Positions 20,577 to 30,637 are shown, numbered from the stretch's first letter. The stretch: 64,000 bases of DNA from Solirubrobacteraceae bacterium (GCA_035552615.1 DASZLC010000119.1:24046-88045), one strand, 5' to 3'. Notes: generated from the letters alone by a model not told the origin. A program made the numbers and translations.

Positions 20577-22607
20577 ATGGCCCCGAGTGAACTCCGTGCC
20601 ACCTACCGCCTGCAGTTGACCGCCGGCTTCGGGTTCGACGCCGCCCGCGAGCTGATCCCCTACCTCCGGGACCTCGGCATCTCGCACCTGTACCTGTCGC
20701 CGTCGTTCCAGGCCCGCCCGGGCTCGACCCACGGCTACGACGTGATCGACCCGGCGCGGCTCTCAGAGAACCTCGGCGGCCTGCCTCGCTTCCGCGCGCT
20801 CGCTGCCGCCGCCGCGGGCGCCGGTCTGGGGATCGTGCTCGATGTCGTGCCCAACCACATGTGCGTCGACGACCACAACCGCTTCTGGGCCGACCCGGTG
20901 CTGCGGCCGAAGTTCTTCGATATCGATCCGGCCACCGGACTGCACCGGCGGTTCTTCGACATCGACGAGCTGGCCGGGGTGCGCGTCGAGGATCCCGAGG
21001 TGTTCGAGGCCGTCTCCGGGCTGGTGCTGCGACTGGTGCGCGACGGCTTGGTCGACGGCCTGCGGGTCGACCATCCCGACGGGTTGGCCGACCCGGCCGA
21101 ATATCTGGGGCGGTTGCGGGCCGGCGGCGCTGGGCGGGTGTGGGTGGAGAAGATCCTTCAGCCTTTTGAGAAGCTCCGTGAGTGGCCGGTCAGCGGCACC
21201 GTCGGGTACGAGTTCCTCAACGACGTGTGCGCGCTGTACGTCGACCCCGCGGGAGAACGCGATCTCACGGCCCTATGGGAACGAGTGAGTGGCGATCGGC
21301 GGTCGTTCGCCGAGGTCGCTGTCGAGGCCAAACTGGAGCAGGCCACCGGCACATTCCGCCCGGAGCTCGAGCGGCTTGGGCGATTGTTCTCGCATAGCGA
21401 CCACAATCGCCCACTCGCTGCCGCGCTCTCCTCGTTGCCCGTCTATCGGACGTACATCGACCCGGGCAGCGGCCTGGTCGCGGACGCCGACCGGGCGGCG
21501 ATCGAGGCCTCGGGGATGGACGAGACGATCGCGACCGCCCTCCTGCACGGCCCTCCGGAGTTCGTCACGCGCTTTCAGCAGACCACGCCCGCGATCATGG
21601 CCAAGGGCGTCGAGGACACCGCGTTCTACCGGTACTGCCGGCTGCTGGCGCTGAACGATGTGGGCGGGGACCCCGGGCGCTTCGGGATCGATGTCGCGGT
21701 GTTTCACGCCGCCAACGCCGAGCGGCTCCCCGAGAACCTGTTGACGACGATGACCCACGACGCCAAGCGCTCGGCCGACGTCCGCGCGCGGATCGGTGCA
21801 CTGTCGTCGGTTCCCGGCGACCTCGCGCACTATTTCGATCGATTTTGTGCGAGGAGCGAGCGCCACCGATCAGCGGGAGCGCCCGACGACGTCGAGCGCT
21901 ACCTGATCTTCCAGACGCTGCTCGGCGCCTGGCCGATCGAGCTGGAGCGGCTGACCGCATACGTGGAGAAGGCGCTCCGCGAGGCGAAGCGCACCACGAA
22001 CTGGGTGGCGCCCAACATCGACCACGAGCAGGCGGTCACGCGCTTCTGCCGGGCGCTGTATGCCGACGAGCAGCTACTCAGCGAGCTTGTGCCGTTCCTG
22101 ACCCGCGTGGCCGAGCTCGGGGAGCGGGCCGCCCTCGGGCAGCTGGCGTTGAAGCTGACGGCGCCGGGCGTGCCCGACATCTACCAGGGCGACGAGATCG
22201 AGTACCGCGCGCTCGTCGACCCCGACAACCGCCGCCCTGTCGACTGGGGCCTGCGACAGTCGCTGCTGCGCCGCCTGCTCGGCGGCGGAGGCCCCGGCCG
22301 TGACACGCGCAAGCTGTACGTGGCGCTTCGCCTGCTCGGATTGCGCGCGCGACGGCCGGCGCCGTTCAGCGGCGGCTACGAGCCGCTGCAGGCCGGCCCC
22401 GCGGGCTGTGCCTTCGTGCGGGGAGGCGCGGTGCTGACACTGGCCATGTTGCCGCGCGCGGGCGCCGATGAGCCCGTCCTCCACGACGCTCCGAACGGCC
22501 GGTGGCGCGAGGTCCTCACGGGCGAGCGGCGGTCCTTCGACGCCGGCCAGCCGCTGTCCGGGCTCGTGGGCGAGCACGGCTTCGCCGTATACGAAAGATT
22601 AGGTTGA
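20577..22607 (+). CDS. treY: Malto-oligosyltrehalose synthase
   Basis: ATYRLQL, YLSP, GSTHGYDV, DVVPNHM, RRFFDI, GLRVDHPDGL, VEKIL, MAKGVEDTAFY, PGVPDIYQG, LVDPDNRRPVD; ATG 20532 is an alternative start. Confidence 0.94.
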   Translation: MAPSELRATYRLQLTAGFGFDAARELIPYLRDLGISHLYLSPSFQARPGSTHGYDVIDPARLSENLGGLPRFRALAAAAAGAGLGIVLDVVPNHMCVDDHNRFWADPVLRPKFFDIDPATGLHRRFFDIDELAGVRVEDPEVFEAVSGLVLRLVRDGLVDGLRVDHPDGLADPAEYLGRLRAGGAGRVWVEKILQPFEKLREWPVSGTVGYEFLNDVCALYVDPAGERDLTALWERVSGDRRSFAEVAVEAKLEQATGTFRPELERLGRLFSHSDHNRPLAAALSSLPVYRTYIDPGSGLVADADRAAIEASGMDETIATALLHGPPEFVTRFQQTTPAIMAKGVEDTAFYRYCRLLALNDVGGDPGRFGIDVAVFHAANAERLPENLLTTMTHDAKRSADVRARIGALSSVPGDLAHYFDRFCARSERHRSAGAPDDVERYLIFQTLLGAWPIELERLTAYVEKALREAKRTTNWVAPNIDHEQAVTRFCRALYADEQLLSELVPFLTRVAELGERAALGQLALKLTAPGVPDIYQGDEIEYRALVDPDNRRPVDWGLRQSLLRRLLGGGGPGRDTRKLYVALRLLGLRARRPAPFSGGYEPLQAGPAGCAFVRGGAVLTLAMLPRAGADEPVLHDAPNGRWREVLTGERRSFDAGQPLSGLVGEHGFAVYERLG

Positions 22608-22641
22608 CGCCACCGGCGCCGTGGGTATGTACGGCGGCGAG

Positions 22642-23136
22642 ATGGACGTCTACCGGAGTACATCGCACCGGGTCGTCTCGTGGCTCGGCGCCGTTGTGGC
22701 CGGCGCCGTCGGCATCGCGATGATCGTCGTCGGCCTCGCCCAGACGCACGCGGCCGGCAACGACATCGTCGGCGCGGTGTTCGTCGTGATCGCGCTGTAC
22801 CTCGTGCGGGTGGCGCTCGCCTCGGTGATCGCCGCTCCGTCGGCGCCGCACGTGATCGTCGACAACCCGCTGCGCACGCACACGATCCCGTGGCCTGAGG
22901 TGGAGGGCTTCGTCACCGTGCGCTCGGCGCTGCAAGGTCGCGGCTCGCGGCGACGGCTGATCAAGCTCAAGCGCTCCGACGGTCACCTGATCACCTGCGT
23001 GGGCGTGTGCGCGTGGGGCGAGCACGAGTCGTTCAAGCTGAACGCCGAGCTCGGCGACGCGTACTCGCGGCATCAGCTCGGGAAGACGAGGAGCTCCCCG
23101 CTCCTCGACCCGAGCTACACCAGGCGGAACGCCTGA
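22642..23136 (+). CDS. Membrane protein with two TM helices and a probable bacterial PH-like domain
   Basis: Two hydrophobic segments followed by VIVDNPLRTHTIPWPEV; start uncertain (22621/22627/22642). Confidence 0.6.
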   Translation: MDVYRSTSHRVVSWLGAVVAGAVGIAMIVVGLAQTHAAGNDIVGAVFVVIALYLVRVALASVIAAPSAPHVIVDNPLRTHTIPWPEVEGFVTVRSALQGRGSRRRLIKLKRSDGHLITCVGVCAWGEHESFKLNAELGDAYSRHQLGKTRSSPLLDPSYTRRNA

Positions 23137-23178
23137 CCGAGCTCGGAAACGCTGTTCCCGGTAGGGTCTGGGGCGAGG

Positions 23179-24435
23179 ATGCGCGTGCTGCTGATCTCCT
23201 GGGAGTACCCTCCGGTGATCGAGGGTGGGCTCGGACGGCACGTCCGAAAGCTCTCCGAGCACCTCGTCGCGGGCGGCGTCGAGATGCACGTGCTGACCCG
23301 CGGCGGCGGGCGCCTGCCGACGCGCGAGGAGCGCCACGGCGTGACCGTGCACCGCGTCCGCGAGCCGCCGTTCCCGGCGGACATCGAGGAGTTCGTCCGC
23401 TGGGTGAACGACATGAACGATCACATGGGCCAGCTCGGGCTGGAGCTGGCCGCGCGGTTCGAGTTCGACCTCGTCCACTCGCACGACTGGCTCGTCGCCG
23501 CCGCGGCCAAACGGATCGCTGAGGACCGCGGGCTTCCGTGGCTGACAACCATCCACGCCACCGAATACGGGCGCCACCAGGGCTGGGTCGACAAGCACCC
23601 CCAGTCCTACATCCACGCCGTCGAGCGGCGAATGGCGCGCGACGCCGACCGCCTGATCACCTGTTCGCAGTTCATGCAGGGCCACGTGGCCAGCATCTTC
23701 GGCGTACCGCGGGCGAAGGTGACGGTGATCCCGAACGGCATCGATCCGGCCGACCTGGAGCCGGTCGGAGAATCGCCCTCGGGTCCGCTCGACGGCATCG
23801 GCGCCGGGCGCGCTGACGAGCCCGCGCTGCGGGCGCGGTTCGCCGCCGAGGACGAGCTGCTCGTGCTGCTGGTGGGGCGACTCGTCCACGAGAAGGGCTT
23901 TCACCTGGCGCTCGACGCGCTCGCGCCCGTGATCCGCCGGCGGCGGAAGGTGCGGTTCGTGGTGGCGGGCAGCGGCACGGCCGAGGAGGAGCTCAAGCGC
24001 CAGGCCAAGCGTCTCGGGCTGACCCGGCACGGCACCTTCCTCGGCTGGGTCGGCGACGACATGCTGCACGCGCTGTATCGAGTGTCGGACCTCTGCATCG
24101 TCCCGTCGATCTACGAGCCGTTCGGGATCGTGGCGCTGGAGGCGATGGCCTCTGGCTGCCTCTGTATCGTGGCCGACACCGGCGGCCTGCGCGAGGTCGT
24201 GCCCGGCGACGAGACGGTCGGGCTGCGCTTTCCCTCCAAGGACGCCGACGCCCTGCGCGTGTTGCTGGAGCGGGTCCTGACCGATGACGTCGAGCGCGCG
24301 CGGCTGATCGCCGACGCGCGCGAGCACGTGCTTGGCTACGACTGGGCCGAAGTCGCCCGCCGCACGCGCGAGGTCTACGACGCGCTGGCGCCCGACGCCG
24401 CCGCCGCAGGGTCGCGCGCCTCACAGCGGTCATAG
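23179..24435 (+). CDS. Glycosyltransferase family 4 (Rv3032/glycogen synthase-like)
   Basis: SWEYPP..GGLGRHV, HSHDW, TIHATEYGR, GRLVHEKG, PSIYEPFGIVALEAMA. Confidence 0.9.
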   Translation: MRVLLISWEYPPVIEGGLGRHVRKLSEHLVAGGVEMHVLTRGGGRLPTREERHGVTVHRVREPPFPADIEEFVRWVNDMNDHMGQLGLELAARFEFDLVHSHDWLVAAAAKRIAEDRGLPWLTTIHATEYGRHQGWVDKHPQSYIHAVERRMARDADRLITCSQFMQGHVASIFGVPRAKVTVIPNGIDPADLEPVGESPSGPLDGIGAGRADEPALRARFAAEDELLVLLVGRLVHEKGFHLALDALAPVIRRRRKVRFVVAGSGTAEEELKRQAKRLGLTRHGTFLGWVGDDMLHALYRVSDLCIVPSIYEPFGIVALEAMASGCLCIVADTGGLREVVPGDETVGLRFPSKDADALRVLLERVLTDDVERARLIADAREHVLGYDWAEVARRTREVYDALAPDAAAAGSRASQRS

Positions 24436-24523
24436 GCCATTTGGCCAGATGCTCCGGGCCGCCCGGGCAAATCCTGGCCGTGTGGCCATGCCCGTGCGGG
24501 GCCGCGCGGACAAGACTGGTCGG

Positions 24524-25819
24524 ATGCCCGAGGTGGAGTTCACGATCCGGTGGGCCGACGGATCTCGGTTTGACGGACACTCGCCGTCGCGCGCGATCGA
24601 GCGCTGGGTCGTGGAGGGCGGCGTCTACCCGCGCGCCGAGCTGGTGCGTCGCGTCCAGATCGCACTGCGCGAGGCGAGCGAGCGCAACCGCGAGGTGTGC
24701 GGCTTCGGCGGGACGGAGGCCGCCGAAGCGTCCGTTGCCTTCACGGCGGCGGCGGCCGGCGACCCCGACGAGCCGGCGGTCGTGCAGCGGCTCGCGCGCG
24801 GGGCGCAAGCGCTCCGCTACCCGCCGCCGAGGCGGTTCGGAGGCCACGTCGACGTCGTCGTCATCGGCGGTGGTCATGCCGGCCTGAGCATCAGCTGGCA
24901 TCTGCGCTCGCGGTCGGTCGACCATGTCGTGCTGGAGCGGGGCGCGCTGGCCGGCGCGTGGCGCTCGCAGCGGTGGGACGCCTTCCGCACGCTCACACCG
25001 AACTGGCAGTGCCGGCTGCCCGGACACCCGTACCCCGGCCAGGACCCCGACGGGTTCATGGCGCGCGACGAGATCGTCGAGCACCTCGAGAGCTACGCCG
25101 AATCGTTCAACGTCCCGCTGTGCGAGGGCGTGGCCGTGAACGACGTGCGCGCCGACGCCGGCGGCGGCTTCATCGTCACGACCGGACGCGGCCGGCTGCA
25201 CTGCGATCAGCTCGTGCTGGCCGTCGGCGCCCACCAGCACCCGCGGATCCCGGCCCTCGCGGCCGGCCTGGCGCCCGCGATCACGCAGCTGACGCCGGCG
25301 ACGTATCGAAACCCCACCTCGCCGCCCGACGGAGCCGTCCTCGTCGTCGGAGCGGGCCAGTCCGGCGTCGAGATCGCCGAGGACCTGATGCGCGCCGGCC
25401 GCGACGTGCATCTCTCGGTCGGCTCCGCGACCGCACACGATCTGGCCAGCTTGACCGCCGACGGCCTGCATCGGCACGGGCGCCTGACGGCGAGCGACGG
25501 CGAGGTTCTCCGCTTTGCCGGCCCGCCGGCCGACGAGCTCGATCTGCGTGCGGCCGGGATCCGCACCGTCGTCTGGGCCACGGGCTTCCGCGCCGACTGG
25601 TCGTGGGTGAAGCTGCCGCTGCTCGACGGCGACGAATGCCCGGCTCACGAGCGCGGTATCAGCACGCAGGTGCCGGGCCTGTACCTGCTCGGCCTCCCGT
25701 GGGAGCGCGCGCGGGCGTCGAGCAGCTTCGACGAGGTCGCGTTCGACGCCGAGCACATCGCCGGCACGATCGCCGAGCGCGTGTACTTCCCCGCCGGCCC
25801 GTACGAGCTCAGGCGCTAA
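24524..25819 (+). CDS. Fusion of an MSMEG_0570-like domain and an MSMEG_0569-like flavin-dependent oxidoreductase
   Basis: N-terminal MPE..FTIRW.DG....SPS...ASER; then VIGGGHAGL, WR.QRWD.F..LTPNWQCRLPG, DPDGFM, VVGAGQSG.EIAEDL, VVWATGF, GLY.LGLPW. Confidence 0.8.
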   Translation: MPEVEFTIRWADGSRFDGHSPSRAIERWVVEGGVYPRAELVRRVQIALREASERNREVCGFGGTEAAEASVAFTAAAAGDPDEPAVVQRLARGAQALRYPPPRRFGGHVDVVVIGGGHAGLSISWHLRSRSVDHVVLERGALAGAWRSQRWDAFRTLTPNWQCRLPGHPYPGQDPDGFMARDEIVEHLESYAESFNVPLCEGVAVNDVRADAGGGFIVTTGRGRLHCDQLVLAVGAHQHPRIPALAAGLAPAITQLTPATYRNPTSPPDGAVLVVGAGQSGVEIAEDLMRAGRDVHLSVGSATAHDLASLTADGLHRHGRLTASDGEVLRFAGPPADELDLRAAGIRTVVWATGFRADWSWVKLPLLDGDECPAHERGISTQVPGLYLLGLPWERARASSSFDEVAFDAEHIAGTIAERVYFPAGPYELRR

Positions 25820-25850
25820 ACACCGTTCACGAGAACCCGGCCTGAAACAC

Positions 25851-25881
25851 GAAGGGCCCGGGCGCAATGCCCGGGCCCCTC
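25851..25881 (-). terminator. Intrinsic terminator of groES-groEL, possibly bidirectional
   Basis: GGGCCCGGGC GCAAT GCCCGGGCCC 10-bp stem, followed on the minus strand by TTCGTGTTT. Confidence 0.75.
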
Positions 25882-25911
25882 GGAAGACTGCCAATCAGCT
25901 TGCTGATCGCC

Positions 25912-27549
25912 CTACATCATTCCTGACATGTCGGGCATACCGCCGCCGCCCATGCCACCGCCGCCGGACTCCTTGTCCGGAACCTCGGCGACGATCGCCT
26001 CGGTGGTGAGGATGTTCTTGGCGATCGACGCGGCGTTCTGCAGCGCGGAGCGCGTGACCATCGCCGGATCGATGATGCCGGCCGCGATCAGATCGACGAT
26101 CTCCCCGCTGGCGGCGTTCAGGCCCTGGCCCTTCTTCGCCTTGCGGACGTCGTTGACGACGACCGAGCCCTCGAGCCCGGCGTTCTCGCTGATCTGACGG
26201 AGCGGCTCCTCCAGCGCGCGGAACACGATCTTCGCGCCGGTCTTCTCGTCCGCGTCCTCGATCAGGTCGAGGTTCAGCGCCTTCTGCGAAACCAGCAGCG
26301 CGACGCCGCCGCCCGGCACGATGCCCTCTTCCAGGGCGGCGCGGGTGGCCTGCAGCGCGTCCTCGACGCGGTGCTTCTTCTCCTTCATCTCGGTCTCGGT
26401 GGCTGCGCCGACCTTGACCACGGCAACGCCGCCGGAGAGCTTCGCCAGCCGCTCCTGCAGCTTCTCCCGATCGAAGTCCGAGTCGGTGTTCTCGATCTCG
26501 TTCTTGATCTGGTTGATGCGGCCCTTGATCGCGCTGCTGTCACCGGCACCGTCGACGATCGTCGTGGTGTCCTTGGCGACGACGACACGGCGGGCGCGAC
26601 CGAGCTGCGAGAGCTGGGTGTTCTCCAGCTTCAGCCCCATCTCCTCGGTGATGACCTCGCCGCCGGTCAGGATCGCGATGTCCTCCAGCATCCGCTTGCG
26701 GCGGTCGCCGAAGCCGGGCGCCTTGACGGCCACGCCGGTGAACGTACCGCGGAGCTTGTTCACCACGAGCGTCGCGAGGGACTCGCCCTCGACGTCCTCG
26801 GCGATGATCAGCAGCGGCTTGCCCGACTGGATCGTCTGCTCCAGGATCGGGAGGATGTCGCGGACCGAGCCGATCTTGGAGTTGGCGATGAGGACGTAGG
26901 GATCCTCCAGCGTCGCCTCCATACGGTCCTGGTCGGTGACCATGTAGGGCGAGATGTAGCCCTTGTCGAACTGCATGCCCTCGGTGAACTCGAGATCCAT
27001 GCCGAACGTCTGGCCCTCCTCGACGTTGACCACGCCGTCCTTGCCGACCTTGTCGATGGCGTCGGCGATCACGTCGCCGATCTCCTCATCGCCGGCCGAG
27101 ATCGTCGCCACGCGGGCGATCTGATCCTTGCCGGAGATCTCCTTCGACTGCGCGGCGATGTTCGCCACGACCTGCTCGACGGCCTTCTCGATGCCGCGCT
27201 TGAGCGCCAGCGGGTTGGCACCGGCAGCGACGTTCTTCAGACCCTGGCGAACGATCGCCTGGGCCAGCACGGTCGCCGTCGTCGTGCCGTCGCCGGCCAC
27301 GTCGTTGGTGGCCGTGGCGACCTCGCGGACGAGCTGGGCGCCCTGGTTCTGGAAGACGTCCTCGACCTCGATCTCACGGGCGATGGTGACGCCGTCGTTC
27401 GTGATCGTGGGCGCCCCGAACTTCTTGTCGAGGACCACGTAGCGGCCCTTGGGGCCGAGCGTGACCTTGACGGCGTTGGCTACCGCGTCGACACCCTGCT
27501 CGAGCGCCTTGCGGGCCTCCGCGTCGTACTTCAGTTCTTTATGAGCCAT
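25912..27549 (-). CDS. groL: Chaperonin GroEL
   Basis: [38 protein letters not shown]-rich tail. Confidence 0.99.
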   Translation of the reverse strand: MAHKELKYDAEARKALEQGVDAVANAVKVTLGPKGRYVVLDKKFGAPTITNDGVTIAREIEVEDVFQNQGAQLVREVATATNDVAGDGTTTATVLAQAIVRQGLKNVAAGANPLALKRGIEKAVEQVVANIAAQSKEISGKDQIARVATISAGDEEIGDVIADAIDKVGKDGVVNVEEGQTFGMDLEFTEGMQFDKGYISPYMVTDQDRMEATLEDPYVLIANSKIGSVRDILPILEQTIQSGKPLLIIAEDVEGESLATLVVNKLRGTFTGVAVKAPGFGDRRKRMLEDIAILTGGEVITEEMGLKLENTQLSQLGRARRVVVAKDTTTIVDGAGDSSAIKGRINQIKNEIENTDSDFDREKLQERLAKLSGGVAVVKVGAATETEMKEKKHRVEDALQATRAALEEGIVPGGGVALLVSQKALNLDLIEDADEKTGAKIVFRALEEPLRQISENAGLEGSVVVNDVRKAKKGQGLNAASGEIVDLIAAGIIDPAMVTRSALQNAASIAKNILTTEAIVAEVPDKESGGGGMGGGGMPDMSGMM

Positions 27550-27575
27550 ATCTGTTCTGTTTCTCCTGAGCGGTC

Positions 27576-27866
27576 TTACTGGACCTTGGCCAGCACGTCG
27601 GACTCACGAAGGACGAGGAGTTCCTCACCGTCCACCTTGATCTCGGTGCCGCCGTACTTGCTGTAGAGGACTTCGTCGCCTTCGGCGACGTCAAGCGGGG
27701 TGCGCTTGCCGGTGTCCTCGTTGACCTTCCCGTCACCGACGGCAAGGACCTTCCCCTTCTGGGGCTTTTCCTTTGCGGTATCGGGGAGCACGATGCCACT
27801 TGCGGTGGTCTCCTCCTCCTCGATAGCCCGTACGATCAGTCGATCGCCAAGGGGCTTGAGCTTCAT
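27576..27866 (-). CDS. groS: Co-chaperonin GroES
   Basis: [39 protein letters not shown]; GGAGG RBS. Confidence 0.98.
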   Translation of the reverse strand: MKLKPLGDRLIVRAIEEEETTASGIVLPDTAKEKPQKGKVLAVGDGKVNEDTGKRTPLDVAEGDEVLYSKYGGTEIKVDGEELLVLRESDVLAKVQ

Positions 27867-27898
27867 GTGAAACAACCTCCGGGTGGAAAATGAGCGTC

Positions 27899-27925
27899 TT
27901 GGCACTCTCGGCATGAGAGTGCCAA
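27899..27925. promoter_or_regulatory. CIRCE element 1 (HrcA operator)
   Basis: TTGGCACTC-N9-GAGTGCCAA upstream of groES. Confidence 0.93.
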
Positions 27926-27934
27926 CGCTCAGCG

Positions 27935-27962
27935 ACTATAGCTACTCGGAGCGGTGGCTCAA
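27935..27962 (-). promoter_or_regulatory. Sigma70-type promoter of groES-groEL
   Basis: Minus strand TTGAGC-N16-TATAGT located between the two CIRCE boxes. Confidence 0.65.
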
Positions 27963-27969
27963 GCTTTTC

Positions 27970-27996
27970 TCGGCACTCTTCACGCGAGAGTGCCAA
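27970..27996. promoter_or_regulatory. CIRCE element 2
   Basis: TCGGCACTC-N9-GAGTGCCAA. Confidence 0.9.
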
Positions 27997-28008
27997 GATT
28001 TTCACGTC

Positions 28009-28036
28009 GTGACGCTCGGAGGCGTCCGCCGTAGTG
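28009..28036 (+). promoter_or_regulatory. Candidate ECF sigma promoter
   Basis: GTGACG-N15-CGTAGTG, same pattern as upstream of the ECF gene at 33980. Confidence 0.55.
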
Positions 28037-28043
28037 TGGTCGT

Positions 28044-28466
28044 ATGCGATTCACCGCCCGCACCGTCCTGCTGACGGTGCTCCTCGCGGCCAGCGGGACG
28101 GCCGTCGCGCTCGGCGCGACGGTGACGGCTCGGCCGCCCCTCGGCCCGGGCCCGGTCATCCTGCCCGGCAAGATCCTCGGCACGGTGGACGTATGCGGCG
28201 GGAAGGCGCCCGGACGGTGCCGGCTCGGAACCCGCTGCGGCGCCGCGACCCGGTGCCGGGAGGCCGACCGCGTCGTGCTCGTCCGCGCCGGTGCGGTGAT
28301 CGCGTCCGCGCGACTGCGCTCGGCGCACTTCTCCTGGCTCGCCCAGCCCGGCCGCTACATGGTGCTGCTGCTCGGTGCCCGGAGCGGCCGCGTGCTGCTC
28401 AGCGACCGCATCACGGTGCGGGAGGCCCGCACGACGAAAGTCGCCCTGCGGATCGAGGTGAAGTAG
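28044..28466 (+). CDS. Secreted hypothetical protein with four Cys
   Basis: Signal-peptide-like N-terminus, GC3-biased codons, beta-rich C-terminus with PGRY motif. Confidence 0.65.
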   Translation: MRFTARTVLLTVLLAASGTAVALGATVTARPPLGPGPVILPGKILGTVDVCGGKAPGRCRLGTRCGAATRCREADRVVLVRAGAVIASARLRSAHFSWLAQPGRYMVLLLGARSGRVLLSDRITVREARTTKVALRIEVK

Positions 28467-28467
28467 G

Positions 28468-28869
28468 TCAGTTACGCGCGCCGCCGAGACCGTGCATGCG
28501 GTCCCGGAAGCCGTCGGTGGACGGCTCGATGATCTGCGAGAAGCGCACGACCGTGACCGTGTCCTGCAGCGACACCTTGCGGCCGTAGATCTGCTCCAGG
28601 AAGTGGACCATCTCGTCAACGCGACGAAACTCCGGGTTATCGTGCTCGATGTCGCGCGGCGAGAGGTCCTGGACGCGCTTCACCTCGACCTGGTCGATGA
28701 CGGCGTGGAAGATCTTCTCGCGCGGAGAGTGCTGATAGCCGATCGTCACGAGCACGCACTCGTTCTTGCGGTACTTGTGCGACTTGTCGCCCAAGCGGAT
28801 CGTCGCCGTCTTTCGGCCGCGCCGCAGCTGATCGGCGAACACCGATGAGTAGAAATTCAGTACGCGCAT
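28468..28869 (-). CDS. ASCH domain protein
   Basis: LNFYS...RGRKTATIR ASCH motif, followed by DLSPRDIEHDN and LEQIYG. Confidence 0.85.
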   Translation of the reverse strand: MRVLNFYSSVFADQLRRGRKTATIRLGDKSHKYRKNECVLVTIGYQHSPREKIFHAVIDQVEVKRVQDLSPRDIEHDNPEFRRVDEMVHFLEQIYGRKVSLQDTVTVVRFSQIIEPSTDGFRDRMHGLGGARN

Positions 28870-28880
28870 CGGGCCGGAGC

Positions 28881-29303
28881 CTACAGATCGCGCCGCGATC
28901 GCGTGAGGGCCCGCCTGACCATCTCGCGCTCTCCTTCGTAGGTGAGCTCGGAGGCGGCCTGCTCGATCGGCAACCAGTGCGCCTCCTCGATCTCGTGGTC
29001 GTGGTCGTCGAGGCTCCCCGAGCGATACTCCATCAAGAAGAAGGCGACTCGCTTGTCCGTCGGCCGGCCGTGGCGGTCGTACGCGTAGGAGGTCTCGCCG
29101 AGCGGCGCGATCAGCTCGACGCTCAGCCCCGTCTCCTCGCGCACCTCGCGCATCGCGGCCTGCTCGGCCGTCTCGCCATCGTCGGGATGGCCCTTCGGCA
29201 GGCCGAGCACTCTGATCCCGCCCGCGCCGCGTTTCACCGGCACGATCACCGCCACCTGGCCGTCGCGGACGACGACCCCGCCGGCGGAGAATTCAGTAGA
29301 CAT
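28881..29303 (-). CDS. NUDIX hydrolase (Ap4A hydrolase/MutT1-like)
   Basis: SAGGVV, LPKGH, Nudix box G.....E....AAMREVREETGL. Confidence 0.92.
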   Translation of the reverse strand: MSTEFSAGGVVVRDGQVAVIVPVKRGAGGIRVLGLPKGHPDDGETAEQAAMREVREETGLSVELIAPLGETSYAYDRHGRPTDKRVAFFLMEYRSGSLDDHDHEIEEAHWLPIEQAASELTYEGEREMVRRALTRSRRDL

Positions 29304-29988
29304 ACCGTTCGAGCGCCGCGGGGTCGTGGACGATCAACCGGCCCCGACCCTGCGAGATCACCCCGGCGCGCTCCAGCACGGCCAGGAAGCGACTGGCCGA
29401 CTCGCGCGAGGATCCGGCCAGCTGAGCCAGATCGGCCTGCGTGGAGGTGATCAGCACGTCAGTCCCGGGGGCGCCGTCGTTGCGGGCCGTGGCCACGAGC
29501 TGGGCGAGCACCGACGCCACGCGGCTCTGGACGGTCTGGAACGACTGGCGGGCCAGGCGCTCGTTCGTCTCGCGCAGGCGCCGCCCGAGCGCGGCCAGCA
29601 GCTTCACGGCGATGTCCGGATGCTCGCGCAGCAGCCGCCGCATGTCGCCGCCGAGGATCGCGATCACCTCGCTGCTCGCCACGGTCTCGACCGTCGCCGA
29701 GCGCCGCTCGTTGTCGAACATCGCCAGCTCGCCGAAGATGTCGCCGGGCCCGAAGTTGGCCAGCGTGATCGAGCGGCCGTCCGGATGCTCGCGGATCGCC
29801 CGCGCCATGCCCGAGCGGACGATGTAGCACGTGTTGCTCTCGTCGCCCTCCCGGAACACGGTCTCGCCGGCGTCGAACCGGCGTGGGACCGCCACCTGCG
29901 CCACGCGCTCCAGATCCTCCTGCGCCAGCGCCGCGAACGCGGGCACGCGCCTCAGCAGCGCAATCGTGTCCTCACTGGTGGCGGGCAT
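29293..29988 (-). CDS. Crp/Fnr family regulator (cAMP-binding type)
   Basis: VFREGD, FGELAM, RSAT pocket residues; HTH TQADLAQLAGSSRESASR. Confidence 0.92.
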   Translation of the reverse strand: MPATSEDTIALLRRVPAFAALAQEDLERVAQVAVPRRFDAGETVFREGDESNTCYIVRSGMARAIREHPDGRSITLANFGPGDIFGELAMFDNERRSATVETVASSEVIAILGGDMRRLLREHPDIAVKLLAALGRRLRETNERLARQSFQTVQSRVASVLAQLVATARNDGAPGTDVLITSTQADLAQLAGSSRESASRFLAVLERAGVISQGRGRLIVHDPAALERYVY

Positions 29989-30637
29989 CCGCAGCCAGAG
30001 ATACCACACCGGGGAGCCACGAGATAGCGGCGCGCAGATCCTCGGGGGCGATCTGGTGCCCCGCATCGGACTCGTGGTACTCGAGCGCCAGCCCGGCGGC
30101 GGACAGCGTCTGGCGCGCCGCCCGCGCGAACTCGACGCCGATCACAGGGTCCCGGCGACCGTGGGCGATGAATACCTTGGTGTCCTGGCGGTCGTTCAGC
30201 GACGGCTGCCAGCCCTCGACGGTCGGGATGAAACCGGAGAACGCGAGCACGCCGCCGGGCGCCGGGCGCGAGGGGTCGAGGGCCTGGGCGTAGCTCATCA
30301 CCGTGCCCTGCGAGAACCCGCCGAGCACGGTCCGCTCCGGGCCGATCCCGGTCCGCTCCCGCAGCTCGTCGTGGAACTCCGAGAGCAGGTCCATCGTGGC
30401 GCGGAACGTGCTTGGGTCGGGGAAACCGACGCGCGGGACCACGTACCAGTGATACCCCGGCGACCCCGGCAGCGTCAGCGGCCCGCGCGGCGAGACGACG
30501 TGCAGCCGGCGATCCGGATCGAGCACGTCGGCCAGCCCGAGCAGGTCGCGCTCATCGGTTCCACGCCCGTGATGGAGCACGAGCAGGCCGTCGGCCGGGC
30601 CCTCGGCGAGGCGCTCGGCGTACGTCAGGCGACTCAT
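29972..30637 (-). CDS. Phospholipase/carboxylesterase (alpha/beta hydrolase)
   Basis: LHHGRG, GGFSQG nucleophile elbow, AHGRRDPVI, GHQI. Confidence 0.9.
   Translation of the reverse strand: MSRLTYAERLAEGPADGLLVLHHGRGTDERDLLGLADVLDPDRRLHVVSPRGPLTLPGSPGYHWYVVPRVGFPDPSTFRATMDLLSEFHDELRERTGIGPERTVLGGFSQGTVMSYAQALDPSRPAPGGVLAFSGFIPTVEGWQPSLNDRQDTKVFIAHGRRDPVIGVEFARAARQTLSAAGLALEYHESDAGHQIAPEDLRAAISWLPGVVSLAADARHQ

Noticed and set aside
21150-21860. Patch of slightly more AT-rich codons inside treY
   Set aside because: The frame and motifs are intact with no boundaries or repeats. It cannot be distinguished from weak codon selection without computation.
24483-24497. Sigma54-like GG-N10-GC upstream of the MSMEG_0570/0569 fusion
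   Set aside because: It lacks TTGC, the pattern is common at this GC content, and no activator gene is nearby.
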